Assembly (NCBI GenBank): GCA_030141605.1
Contig: JAQGDQ010002159.1
Span: 1-12,549 of the forward strand
Origin: Tubiluchus corallicola
Taxonomy: Eukaryota > Animalia > Priapulida
Length of the DNA: 12,549 nucleotides
Direction of reading: 5' to 3'
Under the pieces are notes generated by a model, which worked only from the letters and a program-made list of their open reading frames with translations, did no database searches and was not told the origin of the DNA. Numbering within the stretch: position 1 is the first letter of the stretch; each line of letters begins with the position of its first letter. Positions 10,146 to 12,549 of this stretch are shown piece by piece. The translations under genes were made by a program, and so were the position numbers.

Positions 10146-10274
10146 TATTACTATTACTATTACTATTACTATTACTATTACTATTACTATTACTATTATT
10201 ATTATTACTAATACTACTACAATTGTTTCTATTACTATTACTGTTATTATTATTATTATTATTATTATTGTTAA

Positions 10275-10357
<83 letters not shown>
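10139..10357. repeat. (CTATTA)n grading into (TTA)n
   Basis: Directly visible; it starts where inverted-repeat homology ends. Confidence 0.96.
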
Positions 10358-10359
<2 letters not shown>

Positions 10360-10437
10360 CAAATGTTCTGGTCTTAACTCAAACATGAAATGTGAGAATT
10401 AATAAATTTAACTGTTTAGATTAGGTTTTTCATTCTA

Positions 10438-10470
10438 TGCTAATTCGCAAGGTCTTGGGTTCAATCACCG
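10438..10470 (+). pseudogene. tRNA-derived fragment (tRNA-Ile(AAT)-like anticodon-to-T arm), probable SINE head
   Basis: tgctaattcgcaaggtcttgggttcaatcaccg resembles metazoan tRNA-Ile tgctaataacgccaaggtcgcgggttcgatccccg (recalled); B-box GGTTCAATC present; acceptor stem and D arm not recoverable. Confidence 0.45.
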
Positions 10471-11494
10471 ACTTATCTTATCTTATTCCATTCGTTGATG
10501 AGACTTCAGTGCTTTTCTTTCCCCAGTTCGATACCGGCAACGGGCTGACTGCTTTTGTTCAACGGAAACTATTAGGTTTTTTAATTATTCAGCTTCATCA
10601 CGGTGAAATTTCAGAAATTCTCCGAAGGTTTTAAAATTAAGAACAATTTTTGCCGTAAATTCATGAATTAAAGTAATTCATTCGTAAATTATAGTAATCA
10701 TGAGTTTCTGAAAATATATATACAAGCATCTGATCTTAATTACACAGACTCAACTTTCATCTACCCCCGTCACTGACTTCATATAACGATTAAAAATGAA
10801 TTTTTTAAAAAAAATTATGTAATATAATACATGTTATGTTAGTTTTGTAACGTCAAATGTATAAATAGTGTAAATGTAATGAGTGAAATTTATGTAATGT
10901 AAAGCATGTTTCTGTTAATTGTGTCATGTCAAATGTATATATAGTGTAAAATATGTCGTGTAAAATTTAATGTACTTTTGTAATATTGTTTTGTAAAAAT
11001 ATTTTAATATTGTGTTTGTAAATATGTTCATTTGTTGTATATAATTAGGCCTTAGTTTTGAACTTTAGTTTTTTTAGTCTGCACTGGACGCATTTGTCTT
11101 GAACAGTGTTGTTATCTTAACATTACGCTGAGGCTTACTCAATTTTATTATAATGAGTGAACCATTTTAGTGACAAATAAAAAATTAATATAATATATAT
11201 ATATATAAGCTGAAGTTTAAATTTCGTATTTCTAAATTCAGACACGTAAAAATGTATCAATCTTTCGCAAAGACGTAAACCACGGAGTACCTCACAAACC
11301 ACAATATTTTGCTTGAAACACAGAACCAAAGATCGACTCCGCGTTGTGGCTTTTACGGAGCTAGCTTTTATTGAGAGCATCTTGTATGTTTAATGACCGT
11401 GCGTAATTAGCAAGTTTTGTAAGCAACCGACTTTAACTGTACCTCCGCGAAAAGGGAAGGCAGGAGGAGCACAAAAGCAGCAGCGGTGACCGGG

Positions 11495-11728
11495 GCCATT
11501 TCATTTCACCTGGTCTAGAGAGAATGATTGACACACGTTCCATAAAGGTATGGAAATTAGCACGAATCAAAATGGCGGCCGTTTCTCTCACACAAATGCG
11601 CACAATTTGTAAAAAAACCTCTAAATGGCCGTCCACTCTTTCATTCGCGATGCTCTCCGAATGGCGGCTAGGAGAAATTTCTCTCCAAAATGGCGCAATT
11701 TCTCACCATTGATGAGAGGCGGGTGGGT
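11495..11728 (+). promoter_or_regulatory. Cluster of YY1/Pho-like AATGGC motifs in a CpG-rich island
   Basis: CAAAATGGCGGCC 11568-11580, AAATGGCCG 11623-11631, GAATGGCGGC 11659-11668, CAAAATGGCG 11686-11695, reverse GCCATTT 11495-11501, GC-box-like GAGGCGGGTGGG at ~11716-11727. Confidence 0.45.
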
Positions 11729-11753
11729 TTGTGACTGGAGTTTTTGATTATGT

Positions 11754-12438
11754 GTAATAGCGTGCGCGTACCGCGGGTAAATGCGTACGAAATTGCGTGT
11801 AAGTGCTATTGTGCGTCGCGAATTATCGCTCTGTTGTGTGCAACTCGGGTTGTTGCGATAATTGGGCTGACTTATGACGCGCCCAGGTAAAAATACAGGT
11901 GAGATATGCGCGATAACAACGTACTGCATGGGTTTGTAAAATTATTGGTATAATATTAGTTTTTTTTGTATAAATTAACTGTGATTAACATTAAGTGGTT
12001 ATGTAAACAGACTAAATTAAGTCTATTGCACTTCACGGTGTGTGTGTGTGTGGGGGGGGGGGTGGTCATGGTGTGTGTGTGTTTGGGGGGTGGGGGGTCA
12101 TGGTGTGTGTGTGTGTGTTTGGGGGGGGGGTCATGGTGTGTGTGTGTGTGTGTGTGTGTTGGGGGGGGGGGGTCATGCTTCTTTTATTGTAAGGATTAGC
12201 AGCTTATAAAATTTTGGAACACCTTAAGTGAATAAGGTCTTCCACGAGATCTGGATGAGTGAGTGAATGAACGAAAGAATGAACGGACGAACGAACGAAC
12301 GCACGGACAAATTAATTAACGAATGAATAAATAAATAAACGAATGAATGAATGAACGCATGAATGAATGAATGCTTGAATGAATGAACAACACACGAATG
12401 AATGAATGAATGAATGAATGAATGAATACATGAATGAA

Positions 12439-12484
<46 letters not shown>

Positions 12485-12549
12485 TAATAATAATGATAAT
12501 AATAACAGGAATAAGAATAACAACAACAATAATAATAATAATAACAACA
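11754..12549 (+). repeat. Right arm of long inverted repeat (cut by window edge)
   Basis: Reverse complement of 9378-10145; includes the (GT)n/G-tract minisatellite 12038-12177, (GAAT/GAAC)n ~12259-12441 and (AAT/AAC)n ~12441-12549. Confidence 0.95.

Noticed and set aside
10495-10548. C/D-box snoRNA or SECIS (TGATGA...CTGA)
   Set aside because: Box D is not adjacent to the terminal stem, spacing is short, and there is no SECIS helix II with an apical AA.
10852-10950. 22/23-bp direct repeat (10852-10874, 10928-10950) in a TGTAA-rich tract, possible LINE 3' UTR
   Set aside because: Low-complexity AT-rich context; upstream translation too weak to call a LINE.
11433-11929. Overlapping 62-102 aa ORFs in the GC-richer island
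   Set aside because: No recognisable motifs; short ORFs are expected where stop codons are rarer.
9697-12199. Paralogous ORF pair MYKLTVINIKW... (9697-9939 minus, 11966-12199 plus)
   Set aside because: A by-product of the inverted repeat and (GT)n/G-tracts; TTG starts and no recognisable domain.

Overview
AT-rich, non-coding eukaryotic DNA, most likely invertebrate metazoan intronic or intergenic sequence (inference; the organism cannot be identified from this window). About 30% is microsatellite and I find no credible intact gene; the listed ORFs are microsatellite read-throughs or short chance ORFs. The remainder is a patchwork of transposon relics: an RTE-clade LINE 3' end, two other decayed LINE 3' ends whose tails appear to have grown into (TTA)n arrays, a 452-bp piggyBac-type MITE with TTAA duplication, four copies of a TTAA|AGG-ended (Kolobok-like) non-autonomous family, a ~164-bp tandem repeat, two degenerate Penelope-type hammerhead-like motifs and a tRNA-like SINE head. 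The most striking structure is a diverged inverted repeat with ~770-bp modular arms (9378-10145 vs 11754-12549, running off the window) around a 1.6-kb spacer that holds a cluster of YY1/Pho-like motifs. I cannot show a new biological system; this foldback-like structure is the best lead.
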